Source of the DNA: Podarcis bocagei
Taxonomy: Eukaryota
Assembly (NCBI GenBank): GCA_964188305.1
Contig: OZ076888.1
Length of the DNA stretch: 64,000 bases
Reading direction: 5' to 3' (one strand)
Shown: positions 50,669-56,778 of the stretch, in pieces
How positions within the stretch are numbered: the stretch's first letter is position 1
Layout of the letters: each line of letters starts with the position of its first letter
Notes under the pieces: generated by a model
What the model saw: the letters and a program-made list of their open reading frames with translations, nothing else
The model's database searches: none
Told to the model about the DNA's origin: nothing
Made by a program: the position numbers and the translations under genes

Positions 50669-51641
50669 CATTCACCTGCCCAGTGGCAGTGTGAGTAAGC
50701 ATATGCCAAGATTGTAATTGCCCCTTCCTTCGCCAATTCACCTGGGGCATGTGCAGGGTGGAGAAGGCATGGGTCACCTAGTCAAGAGAAGAGGAGGCTT
50801 TTCAAAAGTCATATCAAGTAATTACACCCAACTTTGTGGACAGCAGGATCTGGAATCAATCTAGCAGCATTTTGAGGGTGAGCACGATTGATTCTGGATT
50901 GAGGAAACACAACATGTTTTGTGCTGCAAGCAGGTTGTTTGAACGCGGCCCTAGACCCCGACTACTCCAGGCTGAGGAGCAAGCAGCTTGCGCTCTTGCA
51001 GTTGCTATTGAACAGCCTCCATGATGCAATGGAAAAAACACCAGGGCATTCTTGTTTCCCTGGACTATTTGACCTTTGTCAAACAATATGTGATCAGTTG
51101 ACAATGTTGGACAGGTTAATTGGCCCAAACCTCAAGTGTAATTATTGGTATTCTTTTTAGAAGAATTTATAGCAATAGGGTTGAATGGAGTCTTAAAAGA
51201 GCACAATATGTTGCTCCAGCTGTTTGTCACAACTTGATCTCCCCCAGCAGAGGATAGTTCGGTTCAAGGCTTTAGTAATCATAGAATTTCAACAGCCTGC
51301 AGTAGCACAATAATCCTGTTTTGTTCTGTGCTGTGACTGGTGTGTGTGTGTGAAGAAATATTTCGCCATAGCAAATGCTGCAGAGTTTTATCATCAAATA
51401 CATGTTTTCCAAAAAGCTGAATAGTTTTCTCTTTTGTTATCTTTGTTCTGGGGTTATTATTTTCTCATGCTGCCAGGCTGAAGAAAAAATGAGTGAAGGT
51501 GCAGAGCAAGAGCAAGAAGTCAAAGAGGAAAATAATCGTAAAGAAGGCCGTGATGAGAACTACGAGGAGGAAGAGGAGGAAGAGGAAGAAGAGGAAGGTG
51601 GCGCTGTGGCAGCAAAGGCTCATAGACGAGGGGAAATGTGA
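364..51641 (+). CDS. GOLIM4: GOLIM4 (Golgi integral membrane protein 4, GPP130) gene span, 16 coding exons, 2130 nt CDS, 709 aa
   Basis: Spliced translation matches GOLIM4 as recalled, from MGNGMCSRKQKR plus a TM anchor, through a coiled coil and acidic Glu/Gln-rich lumenal domain, to C-terminal HRRGEM. All introns are GT-AG with consistent phases; exon lengths sum to 710 codons. Confidence 0.97.
996..1221 (+). mobile_element. Tc1/mariner (Tigger-like) MITE, 226 bp
   Basis: TA|CAGTGGTACCTC...GAGGTACCACTG|TA; an inverted copy of the same family lies at 34460-34685. Confidence 0.9.
4568..4870 (+). mobile_element. L2 LINE 3' fragment
   Basis: Translates as RTLRSS...RAFSVVAPTLWNALP...FRRHLK, typical of the L2 ORF2 C-terminus; related copies elsewhere in the window. 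Confidence 0.85.
5290..5806 (+). mobile_element. Degenerate LINE 3' end (RTE-X-like, C-terminal Cys/His motif)
   Basis: LCPCGLVEVETVSHVLLRCRFY motif followed by an AT-rich 3'UTR ending in aataataaaattc. Confidence 0.55.
6908..7085 (+). mobile_element. Old tRNA-derived SINE
   Basis: tgtggtctagtggttagag head and cctcacagggttgttgtgggg core; similar to 23496 and 49940. Confidence 0.55.
7207..7707. mobile_element. Tc1/mariner non-autonomous element (~500 bp)
   Basis: TIRs aagtgataccttggttctcaaac / gtttgagaaccaaggcaccactg|TA. Confidence 0.8.
8530..8770. mobile_element. Tc1/mariner MITE
   Basis: TA|tagtggtacctcggttta...taaaccgaggtaccactg|TA. Confidence 0.85.
10173..12053 (-). mobile_element. Rex1/Babar-clade LINE, 5'-truncated, with intact RT reading frame
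   Basis: ORF 10347-12011 stays open to the 5' edge and carries AAGPDG, DYRPVALT, QFAYR, DFSSAFNTI, PQGCVLSP, FADD and DPSHP...LLPSGRRYR. It has a (TCTA)n tail and a 9-bp TSD AGTTGCATT at 10164-10172 and 12054-12062. Confidence 0.92.
10347..12011 (-). CDS. Reverse transcriptase (TE-derived ORF2 fragment, no endonuclease domain)
   Basis: 554 aa with canonical non-LTR RT motifs and no stops. Confidence 0.85.
   Translation of the reverse strand: MQRYSVARANLKRGIRRAKLDYRQRIEDNLRSNNIRQMWQGIQHITNYKPNLGAVDGDPLLAEELNLFFARFEKEPPETPVLQPPAHRGPSFTVEEHEVRQVLRMVNPRKAAGPDGITGKVLKGCADQLARVFTTIFNKSLHQSIVPPCLKSSTIVPLPKKSTISSLNDYRPVALTPIIMKCFEKLVRRHIISCLPLTFDNYQFAYRANRSTEDAITTTLHAALSHLEQPGNYVRLLFVDFSSAFNTILPHRLVSKLETIGLPNSTCLWVLDFLSERSQRVRVGSHVSTALSLNTGSPQGCVLSPLLYALYTYDCTAIYSSNKIIKFADDTTVVGLISGGDESAYRDEVERLCVWCGENNLALNTAKTKELVVDYRGKKADIQPLYINGERVERVAEFRFLGVTMDQGMTWSANITALVKKAQQRIYFLRLLKKNNLSERLLVSFYRGSIESILTYCICAWFSSCTARERKVLQKVITTAQRIIGHPLPPLEELYGSRCLRKANNILQDPSHPGYSLFALLPSGRRYRNIKSRTNRLKNSFYPRAVAFLNAVTR
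12243..12553. mobile_element. hAT-type MITE
   Basis: Perfect 8-bp TSD ATCTGGAG (12235-12242 / 12554-12561); imperfect CAG...CTG TIRs. Confidence 0.8.
12952..13130. mobile_element. hAT-like MITE
   Basis: TIRs caggggcggactt / aagtccgcctctg flanked by duplicated tgtttgg. Confidence 0.7.
13815..13952. mobile_element. hAT-like MITE
   Basis: cagggctttttt...aaaaacagcactg ends; degenerate 8-bp TSD gatatgac/catatggc. Confidence 0.6.
14013..14068. repeat. Perfect 28-bp tandem duplication
   Basis: atggcttttatttcagggtatcaagtct x2. Confidence 0.95.
15093..15335. mobile_element. Palindromic MITE with long TIRs
   Basis: ataccactttaaactgtcatagcttcccc...tctgggaactgtagt mirrored by actacagttcccagga...gggaagccataactgtttaaagtggtat. 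Confidence 0.75.
15737..15990 (-). mobile_element. MIR/CORE-like ancient SINE
   Basis: gtgctttcacatacatta...atccttacaataac...attattagtccccatattacagg...actgag...cttgcctaagg pattern. Confidence 0.6.
18152..18402. mobile_element. hAT MITE
   Basis: caggggtaggcaacct...aggttgctgacccctg with perfect 8-bp TSD CTCTAGTG. Confidence 0.85.
19611..19960 (+). mobile_element. RTE/BovB-like LINE 3' fragment
   Basis: KLRLQYFGQLMRREDSLEKTLMLGKMEGTRRRGRQRTRWLD...GVTKNRTQLND followed by an (AAC)n tail; TSD agccttatta. Confidence 0.9.
20882..21230 (-). mobile_element. Sauria SINE
   Basis: Minus strand reads gggac...gtggcactgtggtctaaacc head through to an (ACCTTT)n tail. Confidence 0.88.
21275..21644 (-). mobile_element. 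Sauria SINE (second copy, tandem with the previous one)
   Basis: Same head and (ACCTTT)n tail; different subfamily body. Confidence 0.88.
22507..22732 (+). mobile_element. tRNA-derived SINE (Squam3-like)
   Basis: gagccagtgtggtgtagtggttaagagc...gatatcaaatccaaact; five highly similar copies in the window. Confidence 0.8.
23857..24232 (+). mobile_element. CR1 LINE 3' fragment
   Basis: LGMFSLGKRRLRGDMIAIVKYLKG...RTRINGFKL...FRIDIRKNF plus CR1 3'UTR (ttggactagatgacc). Confidence 0.9.
24602..24676 (+). CDS. GOLIM4: GOLIM4 exon 2
   Basis: ttttcag| VVYEHRSRLEKSLQKERLEHKKAKE |gtaaaa; 75 nt. Confidence 0.95.
26288..26337 (+). CDS. GOLIM4: GOLIM4 exon 3
   Basis: tttttag| DFLVYKLEAQETLNKGR |gtaagt; 50 nt. 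Confidence 0.95.
27212..27265 (+). CDS. GOLIM4: GOLIM4 exon 4
   Basis: ttgcag| QDSNSRYGALNVQHQMLK |gtagat; 54 nt. Confidence 0.95.
28076..28226 (+). CDS. GOLIM4: GOLIM4 exon 5
   Basis: tttgcag| SQHEELRKQHADLEEEH...EKEQELSKLK |gtacag; 151 nt. Confidence 0.95.
28440..28522 (+). CDS. GOLIM4: GOLIM4 exon 6
   Basis: taatag| ESMYNLREENRQLRKAHQDIHTQLQDVK |gtaaga; 83 nt. Confidence 0.95.
28712..29200 (-). mobile_element. Probable non-autonomous Helitron (3' end at 28712; 5' limit uncertain)
   Basis: Minus strand: hairpin cccgggcaataccggg, 10 nt, then CTAG|T. A degenerate duplicate of the hairpin unit lies at ~28992-29020. Confidence 0.6.
29507..29590 (+). CDS. GOLIM4: GOLIM4 exon 7 (84 nt, symmetric phase 0-0, candidate cassette exon)
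   Basis: gtgtag| LQHKSLISQHDQLVVTLEEHKSALEAAQ |gtcagc. Confidence 0.93.
29718..29887 (+). promoter_or_regulatory. Cluster of three TGCATG (RBFOX) intronic splicing elements downstream of exon 7
   Basis: TGCATG at 29718, 29792 and 29882, i.e. 128-297 nt after the exon 7 donor. Confidence 0.65.
30366..30436. repeat. (ATT/ACT)n microsatellite
   Basis: Direct observation. Confidence 0.95.
30641..31021 (+). mobile_element. Sauria SINE
   Basis: gggacgcaggtggtgctgtggtctaaacc head through to tacctttccct tail. Confidence 0.88.
31022..31250 (-). mobile_element. Internal L2 ORF2 fragment
   Basis: AELFRVARGLL...CDLLAKHFEDKIACI resembles the L2 pre-RT region. Confidence 0.6.
33194..33226. repeat. (TG)n microsatellite
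   Basis: Direct observation. Confidence 0.95.
34198..34365 (+). CDS. GOLIM4: GOLIM4 exon 8
   Basis: attctag| SQVEEYRQLKETLKKMPSFQKPE...EEQKE |gtaata; 168 nt. Confidence 0.9.
34460..34685 (-). mobile_element. Tc1/mariner MITE (same family as 996-1221, opposite orientation)
   Basis: TA-flanked TIRs; the reverse complement aligns with 996-1221. Confidence 0.9.
35600..36875 (-). mobile_element. CR1 RT fragment split by an L2 insertion
   Basis: 36875-36618 encodes ADD...NWAKANKMPFNRDKCKVL...RDLGVLV; the frame resumes at ~35710 with HKLNTSQQ...NAALGCINRGLVS. Confidence 0.75.
35711..36617 (-). mobile_element. L2 LINE 3' ~0.9 kb with (ATT)n(ATC)n tail
   Basis: WMAANGLRLNPDKTEVL...LGVILDSQLS...LVISRLDYCNALY.GLP...LQLIQNAAARL. 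Confidence 0.9.
37935..38012 (+). mobile_element. CR1 3' terminus
   Basis: gattcctgtattgcagggggttgg...gtcccttccaactctatgattctgtgatt. Confidence 0.8.
38023..38251 (+). mobile_element. tRNA-derived SINE (Squam3-like)
   Basis: Same family as 22507; (CTT)n tail. Confidence 0.8.
38531..38890 (+). CDS. GOLIM4: GOLIM4 exon 9
   Basis: ttgcag| ITLNGDQ...EEHKKELEEEEMEQAGQPERL...HHHSE |gtgagc; 360 nt. Confidence 0.9.
39770..39945 (-). mobile_element. Short L2 3' end with (ATT)n tail
   Basis: Matches the terminal sequence of the L2 at 35790-35890. Confidence 0.8.
39946..40163 (+). mobile_element. tRNA-derived SINE (Squam3-like)
   Basis: Same family as 22507. Confidence 0.8.
40246..40340 (+). mobile_element. 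tRNA-derived SINE head (older family)
   Basis: ggggccatagctcagtggtagag...ggttcaattcc A/B boxes; related degenerate copies at ~31372, ~32258 and ~41765 (-). Confidence 0.6.
41133..41271. other. Assembly gap (139 N) in intron 9
   Basis: Run of N. Confidence 0.99.
41548..41672 (+). mobile_element. CR1 3' fragment
   Basis: tctccttccttggaggtttttaagcagaggttggatggccatctgtc... Confidence 0.8.
41907..42145 (+). CDS. GOLIM4: GOLIM4 exon 10
   Basis: gcccag| EPPKVKTITRYKSAYEEQLEQQRLAVQRAEEANRLREHQESLH...HRL |gttatc; 239 nt. Confidence 0.9.
42619..42996 (+). mobile_element. L2 3' fragment with (ATT)n tail
   Basis: Homologous to the 4568, 35711 and 43481 copies. Confidence 0.85.
43481..43770 (+). mobile_element. 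L2 3' fragment
   Basis: YLKEHL...RTLRSSAEGLLAVP...RAFSVVAPALWNTLP. Confidence 0.85.
43929..44005 (+). CDS. GOLIM4: GOLIM4 exon 11
   Basis: ttctccag| HQSHYDNLDQDIVQGEEQGAQEEEE |gtaagt; 77 nt. Confidence 0.92.
44341..44459 (+). CDS. GOLIM4: GOLIM4 exon 12
   Basis: tgatcag| NYDRQNQHPDEAEEED...QNEEP |gtgagt; 119 nt; phases fit both neighbours. Confidence 0.88.
45168..45246. repeat. (CT)n(CA)n compound microsatellite
   Basis: Direct observation. Confidence 0.95.
45403..45962 (-). mobile_element. Second Rex1/Babar LINE 3' fragment (different family)
   Basis: TAQDIMGCP...RCLRRVRKILRDDSHPG...LLPSGRRYRSI...NFYPWAARLLN; ends tgacaataaa plus a (TTTCAA)-type tail. Confidence 0.85.
46677..46844 (+). 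CDS. GOLIM4: GOLIM4 exon 13
   Basis: atgcag| KTAGDDVNPADDPNNQGEDEFEEAEQEREENLPDEN...EEHLV |gtcagt; 168 nt. Confidence 0.93.
47185..47527 (+). mobile_element. Sauria SINE with 13-bp TSD
   Basis: CTTTCATGATCCT at 47172-47184 and 47528-47540; (ACCTTT)n tail. Confidence 0.9.
47674..47850. mobile_element. hAT MITE
   Basis: cagtggcgtagcgtggg / cccacgctacgccactg TIRs; TSD attgtggt/attgtggc. Confidence 0.88.
48699..48767 (+). CDS. GOLIM4: GOLIM4 exon 14
   Basis: ctgcag| MVGNPDQQEDNVDEQYQEEGEEE |gtaagg; 69 nt. Confidence 0.95.
48885..49551. mobile_element. Tc1/mariner non-autonomous element containing a nested SINE
   Basis: TA|ccatacttttccgt...acggaaaagtatgg|TA. Confidence 0.8.
48919..49196 (+). 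mobile_element. tRNA-derived SINE (Squam3-like), nested
   Basis: Same family as 22507; (AAC)n(CTT)n tail. Confidence 0.8.
50310..50390 (+). CDS. GOLIM4: GOLIM4 exon 15
   Basis: ttttcag| AQGDLTEEKKRELDHNGEEPYGENDEN |gtaggc; 81 nt. Confidence 0.94.
50628..50667. repeat. (TG)n microsatellite
   Basis: Direct observation. Confidence 0.95.
51477..51641 (+). CDS. GOLIM4: GOLIM4 exon 16 (coding part, to TGA)
   Basis: tgccag| AEEKMSEG...YEEEEEEEEEEEGGAVAAKAHRRGEM*. Confidence 0.94.
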   Translation, partial: AEEKMSEGAEQEQEVKEENNRKEGRDENYEEEEEEEEEEEGGAVAAKAHRRGEM

Positions 51642-51724
51642 TTCTTGCTTGAGCTGCAAAATGGCATCTGCTTGGAAAAAAAGAAGAAAATGTTTAGTTG
51701 CTAGAGAAGGCCTTTTTATATGTA

Positions 51725-52052
51725 CAGTGGTGCCTCGCAAGACGAAATTAATCTGTTCCGCGAGCCTCTTCGTCTAGCGGTTTTTTCGTCTTGCGAAGCA
51801 ACCCTATTAGCAGATTAGCGCTATTAGCGGTTTAGCGGCTATTAAAGGCTTAGCGGCTAAAAGGCTATTAGCGGCTTAGCGGCTTAGAAAAAGGGGGGGA
51901 GCGGAAAAAAATCGGAACACTCGCAAGACGTTTTCGTCTTGCAAAGCAAGCCCATAGGGAAAATCGTCTTGCGAAGCAGCTCAAAAACAGAAAACCCTTT
52001 CGTCTAGCGGGTTTTCCGTCTTGCGAGGCATTCGTCTTGCGGGGCACCACTG
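51725..52052. mobile_element. Tc1/mariner MITE 84 nt downstream of the GOLIM4 stop codon
   Basis: TA|cagtggtgcctcgcaagacgaa...ttcgtcttgcggggcaccactg|TA; internal ttagcgg repeats. Confidence 0.9.
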
Positions 52053-52398
52053 TATACATAATTTAAATTTTTTCTCTTAGAAGTCTTTGTGGTTTTATAC
52101 AAATGCAATATTTTAAGTTAGCATTCCTTTTGTACAAGATTTTAAGTGACAAAAACAAATAGGTGAGGTGGCAACCCCCTTATTTTTCCTCCTTATTTTT
52201 ATACTGTTTCTTTTCTAGAAGTTTGAGGATCAGTTTCAACTTAAATCTGTTTGGCATTGTCCAAACCGTGACCAGACTTTAGCTTTCAGGTGTATTTCTG
52301 GGGGTCAGGGGGGACCGATCATTAGTGCCTAATCTCTTGGACAAAATAAAAAAATTTCCTTCCAGTAGCACCTTAAAGACCAACTAAGTTAGTTCTTG

Positions 52399-52436
52399 GT
52401 ATGAGCTTTCGTGTGCATGCACACTTCTTCAGATAC
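52399..52436 (-). ncRNA. Mirror-copy minimal hammerhead ribozyme motif
   Basis: Exact reverse complement of 52532-52569. Confidence 0.78.
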
Positions 52437-52531
52437 ACTGAAACAGAAGTTGCCAGACCCTTCTATATACTGAGTAATACCCCTCCCCACCTTCTCACTA
52501 TATAGAAGGGTCTGGCAACTTCTGTTTCAGT

Positions 52532-52569
52532 GTATCTGAAGAAGTGTGCATGCACACGAAAGCTCATAC
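52532..52569 (+). ncRNA. Minimal type-I hammerhead ribozyme motif (Penelope-associated)
   Basis: GUAU-CUGAAGA-A-GUGUG(CAUG)CACAC-GAAA-GC-UC^AUAC: helix I GUAU/AUAC, helix II, palindromic AGCU helix III, predicted cleavage after C52565. Confidence 0.8.
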
Positions 52570-53747
52570 CAAGAACTAACTTAGTTGGTCTTTAAGGTGC
52601 TACTGGAAGGAATTTTTTTATTTTGACTATGGCAGACCAACACGGCTACCTATCTAATCTCTTGGAGTTTGAGAAACGGCAGGCTGCAGAGTTGCACCCA
52701 TATCTCTGTGAGATGCTGGATTTTACATCCAGCTCTCTACGGGACAGCACATTCAAGCACCTCTGTGTATTCATTTTGATCTGAATGAATTTGGCCAGCA
52801 CAGTATCTGCAGCATCTAAGTGAATATCACTTGGCAGTTGTGAGTGTGCCAAAAATGGCAGTGTTTGAATCCCTTTGCATGTGACACTCATGCACACACT
52901 GGGTGGGACTCATGTTGCAGGTCTTTCACACCCTCTTGTTGCTCTTCTTCCTATAGAGGTGTAATTGATTAGATTAGCTCAATGCAGACATTTGGTCTTA
53001 CCCATATATATGCAGTACCTAACTCACACAAGTGTGTTACCGCAGGCCATAAAGTATAGATGGATCAAAGGGTTTCTTCTTACCACTTCAAATATTATGC
53101 GCATGTAGACTTGGCCATTGTACATCTGACCCCAACATTGTTCTCATGTGCTGGTGGAGATAGATCTGTCCTTAGCCTTATTGCCCTATCTCAGGCTGCA
53201 ATCTTGGAATAAGCCCCAAGGAAAACAAAGAAACTTACTTCTGAGTAAACATATTTGGGGTATGACTCTACCACCACTCAAATCCCTTCTAGATCAAAAG
53301 AAGATAGATATAGACCCCCCCCCATTTGGTTTATATACCATATGATACACACATTTTGAAGTCACAGTCACAATTTCTTTTTCTTCAGCATTGTGCACCT
53401 CTCAAAAAGTTGTGTGGGATTTGTTTTTGTTTGTAGACCGTAAAGTGCCTATCTTAAGGGCTAAAGGAGTATTTCACATATATTATCTCAGTAATCCTTA
53501 CCACAACCCTTGTAAGGTAAACCAGCAATACTGTCCTCTTATTTCCAAATGGATGTAGCCTAATGTTTAAAGAAGACAGCTGGCTGGAGGTTACCCAGGG
53601 GGTCATTGAAGCCATTCTCCTCTTGTGCATAAAAGCTCCCCTTCTCTGGGCTTCCACTGTTGGCCTGAATCTTAGTCATGATGTCAGTAAGGAAGGCAGG
53701 AGGCCAAATAAATGCATAAGAAGGCTGGAGACTGGTGGCTTGCCAGA

Positions 53748-54010
53748 GAGCCAGCGTGGTGTAGTGGTTAAGAGCGGTGGACTCGTAATCTGGCGAACCA
53801 GGTTCGCTTCCCTGCTCCTCCACATGCAGCTGCTGGGTGACCTTGGGCTAGACACACTTCACTGAAGTCTCTCAGCCCCACTCACCTCACAGAGTGTTTG
53901 TTGTGGGAGAGGAAGGGAAAGGAGATTGTTAGCCCCTTTGAGACTCCTTAAGGGGAGTGAAAGGTGGGATATCAAGTCCAAACTCCTCCTTTTCTTCTTC
54001 TTCTTCTTCT
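53748..54010 (+). mobile_element. tRNA-derived SINE (Squam3-like) in the putative 3'UTR
   Basis: Same family as 22507; (CTT)n tail. Confidence 0.8.
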
Positions 54011-55648
54011 TGCCCTCTGGTCGCTTAGCCAGTGTAAAAGACCGGATAGTATTAAGGCATATACTGAATACATGGCTAACATGAGATTTGAAACCAGACC
54101 TTTCCTATCATAAGTGGGTGGAGATGATGGTCTCCTCTAAACTCAAATAAAATTTAGTATTATGTTTGACAGAAGAATGAAAAGAATGTGAAAAAAGAGT
54201 ATGTTAATCTGTTGATACTCGGATCAGTAGCTCTATTTTATGTTAGAAAAGTGTGTGGTACAAAATGTGGTACACTGGACTGCTTACAAGGTCCATATTC
54301 CTCACCTCCCTAATGATGTGCTGCTTTCCAGGCAAGCGGAAAGGCTTCACCTGGCAGAAATAAAATGGGTGGTTCTTTCCTGGCATGGTGGAGGATACAC
54401 ATCTTTAGCCACACAAGTCCTATACTGCATAATCCCTCTAAGGGTTCAAACTGGGGACCGCAATCAGATCATATATGCTTCATACCCCCATTACGTATTT
54501 TATTTGTATTTTTTAATGTGATGGTACGTTGGCTTCAAAAGGGTTAAAAATCAAGTCGTCATTGTTAAATGTCAGACACTGGGAATTGATAGCAGTGATA
54601 GACTAGCCCCACCGTACCTGAATCACTGGACCACCAACTTTGTTGCTTCTTATTCTCCCACTAATATTATTGTTTCTCCTGCAATTTTAACAGTGACCAC
54701 ATGGGCCAAGAGAATGACTCACCTGTTTCCTTCTGCCTACCCACCTGCAATCTTGTACGGTTAGCATCACGGGCGTGGGCCAGGTTAACGGGCAACAGTT
54801 CACAATGGCTTAGCCAGAAATTAGGACCTCGGCGATGCTGGTGTAGTGCTTAGCTGTGATTTCTGCAGGCGACACAATGTGTGACTGTTGCTTTGTCTGA
54901 GGACAGGTGGCAAGTTCTGTGCTCGTGGGCTTGTAAGATCGTAGCTGAGTTGCAGAGCTTATATCCATGAATATGCTGCACCACCCATCCTTCATGCGCT
55001 TCTGTTCCTAGGGATACTAGTGAGCAGGGAATAGGATAAGGTATTGGAGGACAGAATTTTGTGTGCCACATGACCAGCTCTTTGGCTGCTGAGCTAACCT
55101 GCCACCCACAGATGTGGCAGAAGATGATGTCTGCGGCCAATGTTGGAAGTAAGATTAATCTGTCAGGCCAGTTAGCTTCTACACATGGACTGGGATAGAG
55201 GCACCATCTTACGCTTCACATTTTGGAAGCAAAAGGTCTTGGGCGGGCTCCAACACTTCCTCCATCTTTTAAGAAATTGCATATATATGACCCATAGGCT
55301 ACTATTTTAACTTTTTTATATGAATGTAATATAATTCATTTTTGTACTAACCTAATTATTAATTTTGCTTTTGTAGATGCTTTGAACTATTTCCTTTATA
55401 TATATATATTTAAGAGTAGGGGTACTCTTAACATTTCATAGGACTGTGTGTGTGCGGATTTGAGGTTTTCTAAATGTTACAAAAAAAGATTTATCACACG
55501 GAGAAAAGAGATTCCTGTTTACATAAATGACTGTAAAGTGTATGATATGTACATAATCTTCGGAATACAAATATTTTGATACATTTGTGTGTATTTTTAA
55601 TGCCATGGGGCAGTATTTAATTATTCTGAGGCATATTTTAGGGTCATC

Positions 55649-55654
55649 AATAAA
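55649..55654 (+). terminator. Candidate distal poly(A) signal of GOLIM4
   Basis: AATAAA ending a ~400-nt AT-rich, TE-free block that includes TGTACATA (55548), followed by GT/T-rich sequence (tgttagtctggtgctctttttg). Confidence 0.5.
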
Positions 55655-56612
55655 AGCTAGAATCAAAACTGACCACTATGTTAGTCTGGTGCTCTTTTTG
55701 CTATTGCTCTGGTGGCAGTTTCACAGCTGTTCTGAGAATGAATGGATAAAACTGCAGGTAAGGAATGCTTGCAAATATTAAGTATTTCCTGTTTCATCTT
55801 TAGTTGGAAATGTTCACACATGGATCATCTTGACTGCATCTGCTCTGACACAAGAGCAAAGTATTTTATTTGTTGGGAAGAGAAAAAACATAATGTTGTG
55901 CTGATGGTCGAGAAAATTATATTTTATTAAACCGACTTCAGTTGGTGCCGACTATTTACATTTTAATTATAGGAAACCCTTCGTCAAAGAAGGTAAAAAA
56001 AACAGCTCAGTCTTCTAGAACAAATTTCACAGAACCTCGGAGGAAGCTTCAGTCTGTTCCTGCCTTGGGAAAGGATGATGGACCATATCCAGTGATGTGT
56101 ATGTGTTTCTCTCTTGCGTGTTGGATATCTCCAAGTGGGTTTAGGCTCCTATCATTTAAAGGCCAAAAACTGAAGCGTCAGAGAAAGTTGTTTGTGTTCC
56201 TGTTGCTGCCTCAGCTCTGAATAGGCCTCTGAAGTAAGATAGGAGAAAGGAAGAGAATCTAGCTCAGAGTTGGAGAATCTTCCCTTTGCTCAAGGGTGCA
56301 TTGGAGTTGCCTGGCTTGTGCCTGAGTGATATGTGGTGGCCTTGGAGACATCCTTACACTCAAGTAGAAATACATCTTATGGTAAAATTAATGGGACATA
56401 CTACAGTCAGGATAGACAAGAGTCCTTGCGTTTTGAAGTCTTACAGATTTCCATCTTTTCTACTTCAAGCTAATCAAACCCAACCCAACCCTATCAGTCT
56501 TGACTCATATGCCATGTTTTACTGACCTTATAATCATAGTACATTGACTTCCTTCATGTCTTTAGGTTCTTCCAAGCTTTTCTAAGACAAATGATGTCAC
56601 CAGAATGCTTAC

Positions 56613-56778
56613 TAGGGGTGTCCAAACTTTTTTAAAGAGGGCCAGATTTGATGAAGTGAACATGCGTGAGGGCCAACCAAAGTGGTTGACCTTTTTTAAG
56701 TTGAGCTTTTTTTAGGATTGAAGTTGTTGAGCTTTTTGTAGAATTTTAACCCCCAGGCTGGACTTTGGACATGCCTGC
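56613..56778. mobile_element. hAT-like MITE
   Basis: taggggtgtccaaact...actttggacatgcctg TIRs. Confidence 0.6.

Larger units (their letters stand above)
52342..52653. mobile_element. Penelope-like element remnant in inverted (hairpin) arrangement
   Basis: 13-bp TSD CTAATCTCTTGGA (52329-52341 / 52654-52666); arms 52342-52469 and 52499-52625 are reverse complements; 3' end gcagaccaacacggctacc; hammerhead motifs. Confidence 0.82.

Noticed and set aside
52342-52625. pre-miRNA or CRISPR-like structure
   Set aside because: The stem is too long and perfect and is TSD-bounded with PLE features; the context is eukaryotic with no repeat-spacer array.
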